DNA of 64,000 bases, taken from positions 288,001-352,000 of the forward strand of contig CAVZRV010000008.1 in the NCBI GenBank assembly GCA_963777605.1, given 5' to 3'. The DNA comes from an uncultured Acidobacteriota bacterium. Lineage in GTDB: Bacteria; Acidobacteriota; UBA6911; RPQK01; JAPXNP01. The translations under genes and the position numbers were made by a program. Of the stretch, positions 50,408 through 61,153 are shown piece by piece. The number at the start of each line of letters is the position of its first letter. Position 1 is the stretch's first letter. The notes beneath the pieces are model-generated. The model made no database searches. It had not been told where the DNA came from and saw nothing but the letters and a program-made list of their open reading frames with translations.

Positions 50408-52282
50408 GTGTTGCGGGAGGTTCACGTGAAGCATGCTCCGATCACGGTTTCAATCGTCCTCACTATCATCCTTGCTGCGGCAGCCGGTCTGGTCCAGCCT
50501 CAGGGTGAGTTCGTCTCTCCCTTCGAGATTCGAAAGGAGATGATCCCCATGCGGGACGGAATCCGCCTGAACACTCGGATCTTCATCCCCCGCGACCAGC
50601 CGGAGCCGCTCCCCATCATCCTGATTCGGAGCCCTTACGGTGTTGCGGGGGCAGAAGGGAACTTCGTTACTGCGCTGAAGACCCTGGCTGATGAAGGCTA
50701 CATCTTTGCCTTCCAGGACATTCGCGGCAAATTCGAGTCGGAAGGCGAGTTTGTGATGCAGCGCCCGGCTCGCGAGCCAGGAGATTCCACTGCTCTCGAT
50801 GAAGGAACCGACACCTACGACACGATCGAGTGGATGCTTGAGAACGTGACCCCGAACAACGGCCGGGTCGGCATGCTGGGAGTATCCTATCTCGGTTGGA
50901 CGACCATCATGGCGTCGCTGGAGCCTCACCCTGCATTGAAGGCGATTTCCCCCCAGGCTTCACCCGCCGATATGTGGATTGGGGACGACTTCCACCACAA
51001 CGGCGCATTCCGCCTCAGCTATGCGTTCGAATACGCCTACCAGGTGGATGGTGGTAAGGCGTCCCAGCACTTTCCCTTTGACCGCTACGACACCTATGAC
51101 TGGTACCTGGCTCTGGGCCCGCTCTCCAATGTCAATCCGCGTTTCTTTCACGGGGAGATCCCAACCTGGAACGACTACGTGGCCCATCCCGACTACGATG
51201 CCTTCTGGAAGCGTCAGACTCTGATTCCCCGGATCACCGGTGTGAAGGTGCCCACCCTGAACGTCGCGGGCTGGTGGGACCAGGAAGACTTCTACGGCCC
51301 CCTGCGTATTTATGAAACATTGGAAAGGTACGATTCAGCAGGTATGAACTACCTGGTGGTGGGTCCCTGGAACCATGGAGGATGGGCACGGGGAAACGGT
51401 TCCAGCCTTGGTCCCATCCCTTTCGACAGTTCCACCTCCCGCTACTTTCGTGACGAGGTGCAGGCCCCGTGGTTCGCGTATTTTCTGAAGGACAAGGGCC
51501 GGCTGCAGCTTCCGGAAGCGCTCACCTTTGAAGCTGGGTCGAACCGTTGGCGACGATGGGACTCGTGGCCGCCCCGCTCCCGGGTCGAGCGCCGTGACCT
51601 GTACTTCAGTTCCGACGGAATCCTGGCCGATATGGCACCCGAGGAGGGAACTGGAGCATTCGATAGCTACGTCTCTGACCCGGCTCACCCGGTTCCCTAC
51701 CGCCACCAGCCGATCCAGGCGACCTATTTCCCGGGTGGTTCCTCCTGGAGCACGTGGCTTGTTGAGGACCAGCGCTTCGTCGATGACCGGGCCGACGTTT
51801 TGAGCTGGGAGAGCGCTCCCCTGGAGCAGGAACTCACGATAGCCGGGGAGGTCGTGGCCCATCTCTTTGCATCTACCAGTGGAACTGACGCGGATTGGGT
51901 CGTCAAGCTGATCGACGTCTTTCCGGAGTACTACCCGGAGAATTGGGAACTGGCCGGTTACCAGTTAATGGTCTCAAACGAGGTCTTTCGTGGCCGATAC
52001 CGGGAGAGTTTCGAGAAGCCGGAACCGATCGAAGCCGGCGAGGTCCTGGAATACAACTTCAGTCTCCACACTCAGAATTACTCATTCCTCAAGGGACATC
52101 GAATCATGGTCCAGGTCCAGAGCACCTGGTTCCCTTTGATCGACCGAAACCCGCAGACCTTCGTAGAGAACATCTTCAAGGCGGGGGCCGCGGATTTTCG
52201 GGTTGCCGAAAACCGCGTTTACCGTACCGCCGAGTTCCCGTCCGGTGTTTCCATTCCCGTGGTTGCCGGCCCTCCTGAGTGA
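50408..52282 (+). CDS. CocE/NonD-family hydrolase (alpha-amino-acid ester hydrolase-like)
   Basis: IPMRDG, RSPY, QDIRG..ESEG, GVSYLG nucleophile, DDFHHNGAF, WDQED and GPWNHG motifs; signal peptide. Confidence 0.9.
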   Translation: MLREVHVKHAPITVSIVLTIILAAAAGLVQPQGEFVSPFEIRKEMIPMRDGIRLNTRIFIPRDQPEPLPIILIRSPYGVAGAEGNFVTALKTLADEGYIFAFQDIRGKFESEGEFVMQRPAREPGDSTALDEGTDTYDTIEWMLENVTPNNGRVGMLGVSYLGWTTIMASLEPHPALKAISPQASPADMWIGDDFHHNGAFRLSYAFEYAYQVDGGKASQHFPFDRYDTYDWYLALGPLSNVNPRFFHGEIPTWNDYVAHPDYDAFWKRQTLIPRITGVKVPTLNVAGWWDQEDFYGPLRIYETLERYDSAGMNYLVVGPWNHGGWARGNGSSLGPIPFDSSTSRYFRDEVQAPWFAYFLKDKGRLQLPEALTFEAGSNRWRRWDSWPPRSRVERRDLYFSSDGILADMAPEEGTGAFDSYVSDPAHPVPYRHQPIQATYFPGGSSWSTWLVEDQRFVDDRADVLSWESAPLEQELTIAGEVVAHLFASTSGTDADWVVKLIDVFPEYYPENWELAGYQLMVSNEVFRGRYRESFEKPEPIEAGEVLEYNFSLHTQNYSFLKGHRIMVQVQSTWFPLIDRNPQTFVENIFKAGAADFRVAENRVYRTAEFPSGVSIPVVAGPPE

Positions 52283-52554
52283 CCTTTCCTCGGAATTTCC
52301 CGTTCGAGGGTAAGCCGGAATTGCAGAGGTGTATCAGAAATGAAGTGGCGGGCTGCCGCTACATCGGGATTCGGGAGCCGATTACCGCCTTACGATAATT
52401 GCTTCCGCGGCGGTCACGGAGAAGGATTGAGGTTCTTGACCGCGTTTTGAAAGTTCCCGGCTGCAGCGTCCGCGGTGCCCTTCGGGACTACGATGTCCTT
52501 GAGGTTTCCGGAAGCCTCCACCATCTCAAGGGCGCCTTTGCGTGCTTGGTTGCA

Positions 52555-53025
52555 CTACCTGGGTGGCGGCGCAACCGTCATGCCGTGCCGCCGGAAGACC
52601 TCGGTCATCTTGGCAGGATCGGGCGGACCGCCGCCGGCGCCATTGATCACCTCAGCCGCTTCACGGAAGTATGCCGGCCCCATGATTGCGGGGGTGATGA
52701 CGGCGAGTTGCTTGACGTCTTCACTCCCAAAGTTGTCGAATCGGTGTACCGCGCCGCGGGGTATGCAGAGTGCCTCGCCGGGGCCCACTTCGACGGGAGT
52801 GCCATCGACGGTCCACGTCAGGGTGCCCTCGATACCGTAGAGGACTTCCTCGTAGTCGTTGTTCCTGTGGGCCGGTGCCGCCAGCTTCTCTCCGGCCGGG
52901 ACTCGGAACTCGAAAACAGAGACGCTTCCGCGGGAATCATCGGCCGTCAACAGGAACCGAATTCCCAGCGGACCAATATGGATGGACTCTTCCGAAGGAT
53001 TCACCTGGATCTTCTGGCGGTGCAT
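52555..53025 (-). CDS. Cupin-domain protein
   Basis: PAH....EE..Y..EG and IPRGAVHRFDN cupin motifs. Confidence 0.85.
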   Translation of the reverse strand: MHRQKIQVNPSEESIHIGPLGIRFLLTADDSRGSVSVFEFRVPAGEKLAAPAHRNNDYEEVLYGIEGTLTWTVDGTPVEVGPGEALCIPRGAVHRFDNFGSEDVKQLAVITPAIMGPAYFREAAEVINGAGGGPPDPAKMTEVFRRHGMTVAPPPR

Positions 53026-53576
53026 GATATCGCCCTCCTTGTGGACACGCCGATCTGCCGATTATGACTTTCCGGGACGCGCCATCACACTCAAAATAGG
53101 ATTTCCGGCGGGTTGGGAATTCAAACCTGCCTTCGGAGCAGCTCGCCCCTTCTCGGAGTGCCTGATGAAATTCTACACCCGCAACGCAGTTGGGTCTGTA
53201 AAGGCACTCCCGGTTGGCCACGTTTCCAAAAGCAGCTGTTTTATACCGAGCATCGTTTGGCTCTTTAGCGGGTGAAAAATGGGCGGTCTGTTTGGAGCTA
53301 AATGTCGAGTCGACCCTGGAGTTTCATTTCGTTGAGGTCAATAGGGAACAGCGATATCCGGGCCCCCGACAGTAAGGTGAAGTGCGACCTTCTCGTTATC
53401 GGGCTTGATCGGATCCGAACCGTCGGGAGCATGCCGAGGGAACGCCAGTAAGAACGTGTGCCCTTGTGCGCCAAAGACAAATCGGTACCATGCAGCTGCC
53501 ACCGATTGACTCGCGTTGAGCAGGCATATATTGTCGGACTCATACGAGCAACCTTGCTTCGTTGAGGAGGATGGTC

Positions 53577-54575
53577 ATGTCACACCGCGAGTCGCCCGCC
53601 CAGAAACAACGCGAGAATCCTTCGGAGCCGGCAAGCAGCCGGAGAGATTTTCTGAAAGGTGCTTCAACCGTAGCTGCCGGTTTGATGGTGCCGGGAACAG
53701 TGAATGCTCAGACCGTCGAGTCGCTTCCCAACATAGAATTGGGGCCGCATCGCGTTTCGCGGCTGATTGTTGGCAGCAACCCCATCTACGGGTACTCTCA
53801 CTTCAACTACATACTCGACCGGTTGATGCGTGAATATTTCACAGACGAGCGCATTGTCCAACTCATGCTGGATTGTGAGAAACACGGAATCAACACCTGG
53901 CAGGCAAGCTTTAACTACAACCTGAAGCGGCAAATCTCGAAAATTCGCGGGGCCGGCTGCAATATCCAGTTCTTATGCCTTGCCGCATCGTGGCACTACG
54001 ACGCGAAGATGGGGCGCACACCAGAAGACGTTCTTGAAGGGACTATCAAGTGTGCTCAAGCCGCGATGGAACTCAAACCGATTGGAATTGCATTCCACGG
54101 CGGCGCAACAGACATCCTCTTTCGTGCCGGAAAAATCGATCTGATCAGGACCTACATCGACAGAGTTCACGATATGGGAACCCTGGCCGGCATCTCCACA
54201 CATAATCCGAAGATTCTGGAAACCTTGCATGAGAAGGGCTTTGCCAGCGACTTCTACATGGCGGGCCTGCAATACCTGACTCGCCGTCCGGAGGAGTGGG
54301 TAAAGGAAATCGGCGCACGCCCTCTCGATGAGGGCTGGATCGACTCCGACCCTCCGCGGATGGCGGCAGCCGTGAGAAAGGTTGACAAGCCGACGCTGGT
54401 TTACAAGGTCCTGGCGGCGGGCCGCAAATGCCGGTCCGAAGCAGAGAAGCGCCGTGCCATCGGTTGGGCATACGAAAACATCAAGCCCATCGATGCCACA
54501 ATCATCGGCTTGTTCCCGAGATTCTCGGACCAGGTTACAGAAACCGCCCAGATGGTGCGCGAGGCGCTGACGTAG
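53577..54575 (+). CDS. Tat-exported aldo/keto-reductase-like TIM-barrel protein
   Basis: SRRDFLK; VSRLIVGSNP..GYSH; YKVLAAGR; GAGGAGG RBS. Confidence 0.7.
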   Translation: MSHRESPAQKQRENPSEPASSRRDFLKGASTVAAGLMVPGTVNAQTVESLPNIELGPHRVSRLIVGSNPIYGYSHFNYILDRLMREYFTDERIVQLMLDCEKHGINTWQASFNYNLKRQISKIRGAGCNIQFLCLAASWHYDAKMGRTPEDVLEGTIKCAQAAMELKPIGIAFHGGATDILFRAGKIDLIRTYIDRVHDMGTLAGISTHNPKILETLHEKGFASDFYMAGLQYLTRRPEEWVKEIGARPLDEGWIDSDPPRMAAAVRKVDKPTLVYKVLAAGRKCRSEAEKRRAIGWAYENIKPIDATIIGLFPRFSDQVTETAQMVREALT

Positions 54576-54975
54576 TTGCACGTTACCTGCCTGCCGGAGC
54601 TTTGTGACTGAACCGACGTGCCCTCACTCGCTTGTTTTCTTCTCGGCGGCCCAGCGTTGCCTGACGTCTCGATAGAACGGGTCCTTATTTAGCACCCGGA
54701 GCAGATTTTCCTTCTCCCGGTTTGGGACTTCGGCAACTCCCATTTCGCGCGCGAGAAAGGCCCAGGCCTTGCCATCGTGACTGGCGTACAGCCAATGAAG
54801 ACAACCTGGAGGCGGGCCCCGCGAATCCATCCGCTAGCGTCATTGCCAAACGATTCCTGTTCTTCTTTACTCCACTGAAGCATGAGCAAGTCTTGCTGGA
54901 CCGTCTGCTGCACATGCATCGGGTCGGGGTCCGCGGGCGCATCCTTCGTGGATCTCAGATCCCCGTAACCCAAAG

Positions 54976-55003
54976 AAAAAGGGCCACTTATTCAGTGGCC
55001 CTT
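54976..55003 (-). terminator. Intrinsic terminator downstream of tRNA-fMet
   Basis: Minus strand AAGGGCCAC-TGAATAA-GTGGCCC-TTTTT. Confidence 0.85.
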
Positions 55004-55015
55004 GCTTTGATCAAT

Positions 55016-55092
<77 letters not shown>

Positions 55093-55190
55093 CCAAACAA
55101 ACCCCATTCTAGGGGCTTTTTCTGCCCAGTGCAACTTGTCCCTTTCGGCGGGAATTTGTTGATTTTCCCCCGAAAGCAGTTCGGCTGCTC

Positions 55191-56006
55191 CTACTGGGTG
55201 GGTTGAGCCCCGCCCTTCACGCAGCGGAACCCGTATCCGTACTGGGCCTTGGCCGGTGAGCCCGTACGCGAGAACAGGTACATACTGTCTCCTTTCATCG
55301 CGTAGGATCCCCCACGAACAGCGACCAGGTCACGCTTGAAGACGGACGGATCGACGGGTGTTGCTCCCGGGTACGGCTTCAGCAATTCTGAAGTCCACTC
55401 CTGGACGTTACCCATCATGTCGTAGACCCCGTAAGGGCTCTTGTCATCCGGCAGACTCCCGACTTCGATCGTGTCCCGGACCCCGTGTTCGTTGGTGTTG
55501 GCCTTGGTCCAATCGAACTGATCACCCCAGGGATACTTCAACTGCTTGTTGTCGCGAGCAGCCTTCTCCCATTCGGCTTCAGTCGGTAACCGGCCGCCGG
55601 CCCATTCGCAGTACGCTTTGGCGTCATCCCAGGTGACATTGGCTACCGGGAAGTCCTCGCGACCTATCTTGTAATAGGATCGCCAGTCACCCTCGGCCGA
55701 GTAGTCACTTTCGAGCTGAAAGCGAGTGAATTCGCCGTTGGTTACCTCGTATACGCCGATTTCGTAGGCGGGGAGGTCAACCGTTTGGGCGGGTTCCGCC
55801 AGCTTCAAATGATGGGGGTCGTTATCGGTCCCCATCACGAATTCGCCGGCCGGAATCGTAACCATCGTCCCTACTTCCGGTTTCCCTTCCATTGCTTCGA
55901 TTGGGGCCACTTCTTCCGCTGTCGTCTCTTCAGACTGCTGTGTGCAGCCCACAATCCAGATGCACATTCCCATCAAAGCAACCCAAAACAGAGCGCGTCC
56001 TTTCAT
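55191..56006 (-). CDS. FGE-sulfatase (SUMF1/EgtB/PvdO) domain lipoprotein
   Basis: IPAGEFVMG, EVTN, PVANVTW.DA.AYC.W, RLPTEAEWEKAAR, DMMGNVQEW, RGGS and GFRC motifs. Confidence 0.88.
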   Translation of the reverse strand: MKGRALFWVALMGMCIWIVGCTQQSEETTAEEVAPIEAMEGKPEVGTMVTIPAGEFVMGTDNDPHHLKLAEPAQTVDLPAYEIGVYEVTNGEFTRFQLESDYSAEGDWRSYYKIGREDFPVANVTWDDAKAYCEWAGGRLPTEAEWEKAARDNKQLKYPWGDQFDWTKANTNEHGVRDTIEVGSLPDDKSPYGVYDMMGNVQEWTSELLKPYPGATPVDPSVFKRDLVAVRGGSYAMKGDSMYLFSRTGSPAKAQYGYGFRCVKGGAQPTQ

Positions 56007-56185
56007 GTTGTCAACTTATATCACTCTCACCCCAAAGGGGCTAGAGGAATTTCAGCAGATAATTGATGGGAAATGGACACAAGCGGGCCTGAATTGATCT
56101 CGATTTTGTATCTGTTCGGACGGGAATCTCGGCGCCCCAATCACAAATCAAAGATCTGAGTTCACGAAAGCCGTTCGGCCATGCC

Positions 56186-56287
56186 GTTCCGCCGGGGCGG
56201 GACTCGGGAGTGGTGGTGTGCGGGAGGACGCAGGACTCCGCTGAGCTGCGTCCTGGGCCACTCCATTTCGCCCCGCAAGCGGGGCTG
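56186..56287. repeat. REP-like palindrome cluster
   Basis: CAGGACTCCGCTGAGCTGCGTCCTG and GCCCCG-CAAG-CGGGGC hairpins in an intergenic region. Confidence 0.5.
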
Positions 56288-56314
56288 GCGCGGGGCTCGG
56301 AACCCGGAGCCCGA

Positions 56315-56367
56315 AACGTGGAACGTTGAACCTGGAACTTCGACCTTGGAACGTGGAACTCGAAACC
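56315..56367. repeat. Degenerate 7-bp tandem repeat (AACGTGG-like)
   Basis: AACGTGG AACGTTG AACCTGG AACTTCG ACCTTGG AACGTGG AACTCGA. Confidence 0.75.
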
Positions 56368-56449
56368 AGAAAGGACTTACCGAACCAACCGGTGGTTTTG
56401 GCCACAAGATAAGCGGGGATATCCTGCCCCGAGAAACCCGACACTCGAT

Positions 56450-57790
56450 TCAGTTGGACGCCGCGTGTTTCGGGTGCTTTCTCAGCCAGGCGAAGGCCTC
56501 TTCTCTCGTCTGAATTGATCCCTCCAGTTGCTGGTCCTCCAGATCGGTCAGGATCTCAGAGAAAAGCGGACCGGGTTTGAAGCCCTCGGAGATCAGGTCG
56601 TGACCGTTCAGGAGAGGCTTTGGACGTACTACCTCTTTGCCGAATTCTTCCAGCTTTGCTTTGCAGAAGTCGTAGTTGGAGAGATTCCGGTGACTCGAAA
56701 GGCAGTCGAGGCGGTGCAGTTCGAGGTGATCGACAAAGTCCTCTCGCCGAAGGAATCGTTTCAATGTGCTCTCCCGCATGTCCTGAACGTGGATGAACTT
56801 GAGGTGGTCGCGGACGAGGTCGACCACACGGTGCGTTAGTTCGTTCGAAAGACGCAGTTGATGACAGATCCGGTGCGCCATCTCCGCCCCCACCTCGGCG
56901 TGTCCGTCAAAGCGAATTCGCTCTTCGACCCGGAAGGTCGGAGGCTTGCCCACGTCGTGGAGAAGAATCCCCAGCGCCAGTGCGGGATTGATTTTGCCGG
57001 CGTACTCGAACATGAGGCAGGTGTGGATGAACACATCCCCTTCCGGGTGAAATTCGGGGGGCTGTTCAACGCCGGACATTGCCGCGACCTCAGGGAGAAT
57101 CACCTCGAGGATCCCAGTCTGGAGGAGCAGAGGCAGACCGCGCGCCGCGCCACTTTCGGTCAGGAGCCGCAGAAGTTCGTCACGGATCCGCTCCATGCTG
57201 ACCTGCCGGATCGTGCTCGAGAACGCGGGGATCGCCGCGAGCGTATCCGAATCGATCTCGAAATCGAGAGCGCACGCGAACCGGATCGCCCTCAGGATGC
57301 GAAGCTTGTCTTCTTCGAAGCGTTCCCGGGCCTGGCCCACCGTCCGGATGAGACGTTTCTCGAGGTCGGTCTGTCCCCCAACGAAATCCAGGATGCGCTC
57401 ACCCTCGGGATCGAGAAACAGAGCGTTGACGGTGAAGTCACGGCGCAGCGCGTCTTCGCGGGCGTCGGTAGATTCGACCTGGCCGGGATGGCGGCCGTCC
57501 TGATAGCCCGTCTCCTTGCGGAAGGTGGCCACCTCGTACTGGTTCGGGGGGACCACTACGACGATGACGCCGAACTGGGCCCCGACGGCAAGAGTTTGCC
57601 CGAATAGGCCCTGGATCACGTCCGGGGGGGCTGCCGTCGCGATGTCAATGTCGGAAAGCTCGCGGCCCAACAGCAGATCCCGTACGGCGCCTCCGGCAAA
57701 GTAGGCCTGGTACCCGGCTGCGTGCAGTCTCCGTGTGATCGCGAGAGCACCATCAAGAAGTGTCGGGTCGATCCGGCTCAGAAGAGACAT
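56450..57790 (-). CDS. cca: CCA tRNA nucleotidyltransferase (HD-domain type)
   Basis: GGAVRD, DIDIAT, EVATFR, RRDFTVNA, EDKLRILR, ERIRDEL, HPEGDV and LLHDVGK motifs. Confidence 0.9.
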   Translation of the reverse strand: MSLLSRIDPTLLDGALAITRRLHAAGYQAYFAGGAVRDLLLGRELSDIDIATAAPPDVIQGLFGQTLAVGAQFGVIVVVVPPNQYEVATFRKETGYQDGRHPGQVESTDAREDALRRDFTVNALFLDPEGERILDFVGGQTDLEKRLIRTVGQARERFEEDKLRILRAIRFACALDFEIDSDTLAAIPAFSSTIRQVSMERIRDELLRLLTESGAARGLPLLLQTGILEVILPEVAAMSGVEQPPEFHPEGDVFIHTCLMFEYAGKINPALALGILLHDVGKPPTFRVEERIRFDGHAEVGAEMAHRICHQLRLSNELTHRVVDLVRDHLKFIHVQDMRESTLKRFLRREDFVDHLELHRLDCLSSHRNLSNYDFCKAKLEEFGKEVVRPKPLLNGHDLISEGFKPGPLFSEILTDLEDQQLEGSIQTREEAFAWLRKHPKHAASN

Positions 57791-59344
57791 CAAAGAAACA
57801 ATGACATGCCGAACCAGATCGGAACCAGGATCAGCAAGCTGTACGCCATGTACCCGAAGAACGAGGGCATCTTGATCCCGGATTGTTCGGCAATACTCTT
57901 CACCATGAAGTTCGGGCCGTTGCCAATATAGGTGTTCGCGCCCATGAAGACAGCGCCCAGGCTGATCGCGACAAGGAACGCTTCGAGGATGTCCTGGTGG
58001 CCCACCAGGGCCAGAACCGGACCTCCGGAAATCGGCAGTCCCACGGCCGTCTCGAAAAAGACGACGTAGGTGGGAGCGTTATCGAGAAAGCTCGAGAGGA
58101 CTCCGGTTGCCCAGAAGAAAGCCCTCGGAGACTCGAGCCCCAGGCTTGCCCCTTTGACGTGGAGGATTTCGATCGGCACCTGCATGCAGATGAAGATCCC
58201 GAAAAAGAGAGCCGCAACCTCGAGAATTGCGTGGTAATCGAACCGGTTCCAGAAGCGGGCACCCGGGCACGGTGGCCCGGAGCGAAAGCGCGACCACCAC
58301 CAGCATGACCATTTCCCGGAAGAAGAGAGGCACCTCGATCGAGGTCCCCGGGAACGGTTTCCCCGGCACCAGCAAGGCAACCGCAAGAACCACTCCGAGG
58401 AGCAAGATGAAATTGACTCTACCGGTCAGCTGCAGGGGACGAACCTGCGACTCGTCGCGAACAATGCTCGCAATCGCCTCACGGCTGTAAACGATCCGAT
58501 CCCAGATGTAGTAGACGACCAGCAGCGTGGCGTTCACTCCCAGGAAGTAAGGCCAGAGCTTGAGCGTCCAGGTAAAGGGGACTCCGCGAAGGTATCCGAG
58601 GAACAACGGAGGATCGCCGATCGGCAGGAGCAGTCCTCCCGTGTTGCAGACCATGAATATGAAGAAGATGACCGTGTGGACCTTGAACTTGCGTTCCGCG
58701 TTGGTGGCAAGCAGCGGACGAATAAAAACCATCGCCGAACCCGTCGTTCCAATGAAGCTGGCCAGAAGGGTTCCGCCGGCCAGAAATACGCAGTTCACCA
58801 CTGGATGTGCGGGCAGATCGCCCCGCAGACTGATACCCCCACTGATCACATAGAGGCTGAAGAGCAGGATGATAAAAGGAACGTACTCTCCGAAAATTGC
58901 ATTCCCGAAGACGGTGGTCACAGTGTTCCACCCGGGATGGCTGCTCGGTCCCTCCAGAAAGTGATCCGGGACTCCCCCCGGGTGCAGGAGGAAGTAATAG
59001 AGGATCGTTACCAAGGCCAGACTCGCCGACACGATAAAACGGTTCCGGTTCGATTCCCACCAGTGCTCGGTTCGCTTGATCAGCGGCAGGAGGGCGATGC
59101 AGAGAAGCAGGCCGACAAAAGGTGATACCGCCCAAACCGGAGGCACGTAGGCCGGAGCGTGGACGGTCTCAACGGCAGCGGCCGCCTCGGCCGCAGGCGC
59201 CTCGTGAGGAGGAGGCGGGATGATCCCGGTGAAGAGCAGGAGGAGGTAAAGCGCTACACAGGCCAGCACTGCCCAGGAAACCTGAATGGAGTTTTGCTTG
59301 ATCCTGGCGGTGGCCGCCACCTCAGAACCGTTCGACACGCTCAT
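57790..59344 (-). CDS. Putative Na+/H+ antiporter (IT superfamily), disrupted near 58265
   Basis: GTTGSAM and [15 protein letters not shown] in 58079..59344; [10 protein letters not shown] and [14 protein letters not shown] in 57790..58386. Confidence 0.8.
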
Positions 59345-59419
59345 TTTTGGTGCTCACCTCTGCGTTCGCGAACTGTGACCGGAAGTCGATTATGGGAACC
59401 GGAATCCCTGCGTGACGGC

Positions 59420-59758
59420 TCAGTCGTTGACCTTCTCGACGACCATAGTGACTTCCTGCTCTCCGTCCTTGTCGTGGTAATAGACGTGGACAAGTGCCCC
59501 CGGGCCGAAGTCGCTACCCTTGATCGAACTGTCAACCATCGCGAATGACATCTTCTGGTTCTTCGCCTGGATGACAAGCGAGCTCTTGTCGATTGACTCG
59601 ACCGTACCGTACACGTCGAGAGTCTTGGTCTCTCCCGGCTTATCCTTTTTCCAAAGCTTCCAGATGCAGCCGGACTGAAGCAAGGCCAGGACCACCAGCA
59701 ACATGATGGAGCGGATCAGGTTCCGGGAATTCAGGGGAAATCTTTGGCTCAGGCTCAT
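59420..59758 (-). CDS. Hypothetical lipoprotein (small beta-rich domain)
   Basis: LQSGC lipobox-like motif; GTVESID...; fits operon spacing. Confidence 0.65.
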   Translation of the reverse strand: MSLSQRFPLNSRNLIRSIMLLVVLALLQSGCIWKLWKKDKPGETKTLDVYGTVESIDKSSLVIQAKNQKMSFAMVDSSIKGSDFGPGALVHVYYHDKDGEQEVTMVVEKVND

Positions 59759-59780
59759 TCGATTTGAATCCGGATCGAGT

Positions 59781-60218
59781 CTAACTGGGTTTCCGTCCCA
59801 GTGCGTTGGTTAGGAGTGTCTTGACGTGCCGCTCCACCTCGTTCCGGATCGCCCGGTAGGCCCGAATCAGTTCCAGAGGTTGGGCCCGGACGCGAGTGGG
59901 ATCGGGGATCTTCCACTCTTCGAGTTGAACTCCGGACGGGACGTTCGACAACTCCGGGAAGGAACCGTCGCCTATGGCCACGACGTGGCTGAACCCGGAC
60001 AAATTCTTTCTGCTCAGGGGTTCGGCGGTGAGATAGGAGGTGTCAATTCCCGCTTCGTTCATGGCCCAACGACAGTACGTGTCAACTGTTTCCGGATTCT
60101 GTGAGGCAGTCTCGGCCTCGACCAGCGTGCCTGCAAGGTAACGGGCGAATCCTTCAGCCATGAAGCCCCGGCATGGAGCACCTGCGGAGACAAAGAGAAT
60201 TCGAGGTTTTGTCGCCAT
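59781..60218 (-). CDS. LMW-PTP/ArsC-fold protein with degenerate P-loop
   Basis: ILFVSAGAPCRGFMAEG, AMNEAGID, WKIPDP and YRAIRNEV motifs. Confidence 0.8.
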   Translation of the reverse strand: MATKPRILFVSAGAPCRGFMAEGFARYLAGTLVEAETASQNPETVDTYCRWAMNEAGIDTSYLTAEPLSRKNLSGFSHVVAIGDGSFPELSNVPSGVQLEEWKIPDPTRVRAQPLELIRAYRAIRNEVERHVKTLLTNALGRKPS

Positions 60219-60374
60219 TTTCCGTCCCGATGAGGTCAGATCGGTTAAGCTATCTTTCTGTTTTGTAAAGCAAATATCTTAACATCATGGGCGGACCGGA
60301 TAGCAACCGCCAATCCAGGTCGGAACTGAATTGAAGTTGCAGACCCGGGAGCCCAGTCAATATGATGGTGCCCC

Positions 60375-61076
60375 ATGCGCTATTTCCTGAGCCTCTGCGT
60401 CATCTTTCTAATGGGCGCCCCGGTGGCGGCCCAGTCCTCCTGGGATGTCCCCAGCCGGAACCGAGAGATTCTGATTGACGGATACCTCAAGGAGTGGGAC
60501 GGTGTCCCGGCAATGGTGATTGCTCCCGGTGTGTCCGGTCTCCGCAAAGGCGGTGAAATCAGGGGCGATAGCGACGTCAAACTCGAGGTCCAGGCCCTCT
60601 GGGATCCCAAGGTTCTCTACCTTGCCATCACTTGGCAGGATGACGTCTGGGACGTGGAGGAGGTCTCGCGGGAAAATGCTGTCTGGATCGATTCGAAGAA
60701 GAAGCGGCGAGACCGGATGTACTTCTTCGATTACCTCAAGTTCCACATTCGGGATGCCGACTACGACTACACCTTCTGGCTCTCTCCCAGAGTCGACGAA
60801 AAGGGGCCCTTTTTCTGGTGCCGGTTGCTGGAGGGCTACAAAGGGATGGAGCGGGCGACCGCTTCCCCCATGGTCACGGCCCGCCAGGAAGATGGAACCG
60901 TCACTATGGAGGTGATGCTCTTGTGGAAAGAGTTGAAGATCGATCCCAAGCCGGATCGGCCAATCCCTCTCACCCTGATCCTGTCGGACAGCGATTTGCC
61001 CGGCCGAATGCTCGAGTCCAAGCTCAATACCTTGAAGTGGATCGCCTGGCGGGGTGAGGTCCACCTGATGCCGTGA
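60375..61076 (+). CDS. Secreted CBM9-like sugar-binding domain protein
   Basis: Signal peptide; IDGYLKEW, ALWD...LYLA...QDD and SDSD motifs. Confidence 0.65.
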   Translation: MRYFLSLCVIFLMGAPVAAQSSWDVPSRNREILIDGYLKEWDGVPAMVIAPGVSGLRKGGEIRGDSDVKLEVQALWDPKVLYLAITWQDDVWDVEEVSRENAVWIDSKKKRRDRMYFFDYLKFHIRDADYDYTFWLSPRVDEKGPFFWCRLLEGYKGMERATASPMVTARQEDGTVTMEVMLLWKELKIDPKPDRPIPLTLILSDSDLPGRMLESKLNTLKWIAWRGEVHLMP

Positions 61077-61153
61077 GGACTGCGGAGTGAGGATTTCAGG
61101 CCGGCCTGAAGCGCGTTGTCAGACCGGCCCGATTCTAATGCAGGGAGCGTGCC

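Noticed and set aside
52300-55015. Genomic island integrated at the tRNA-fMet 3' end
   Set aside because: No integrase and no duplicated tRNA 3' end were found; only unassignable ORF fragments (53298..53543, 54624..54973).
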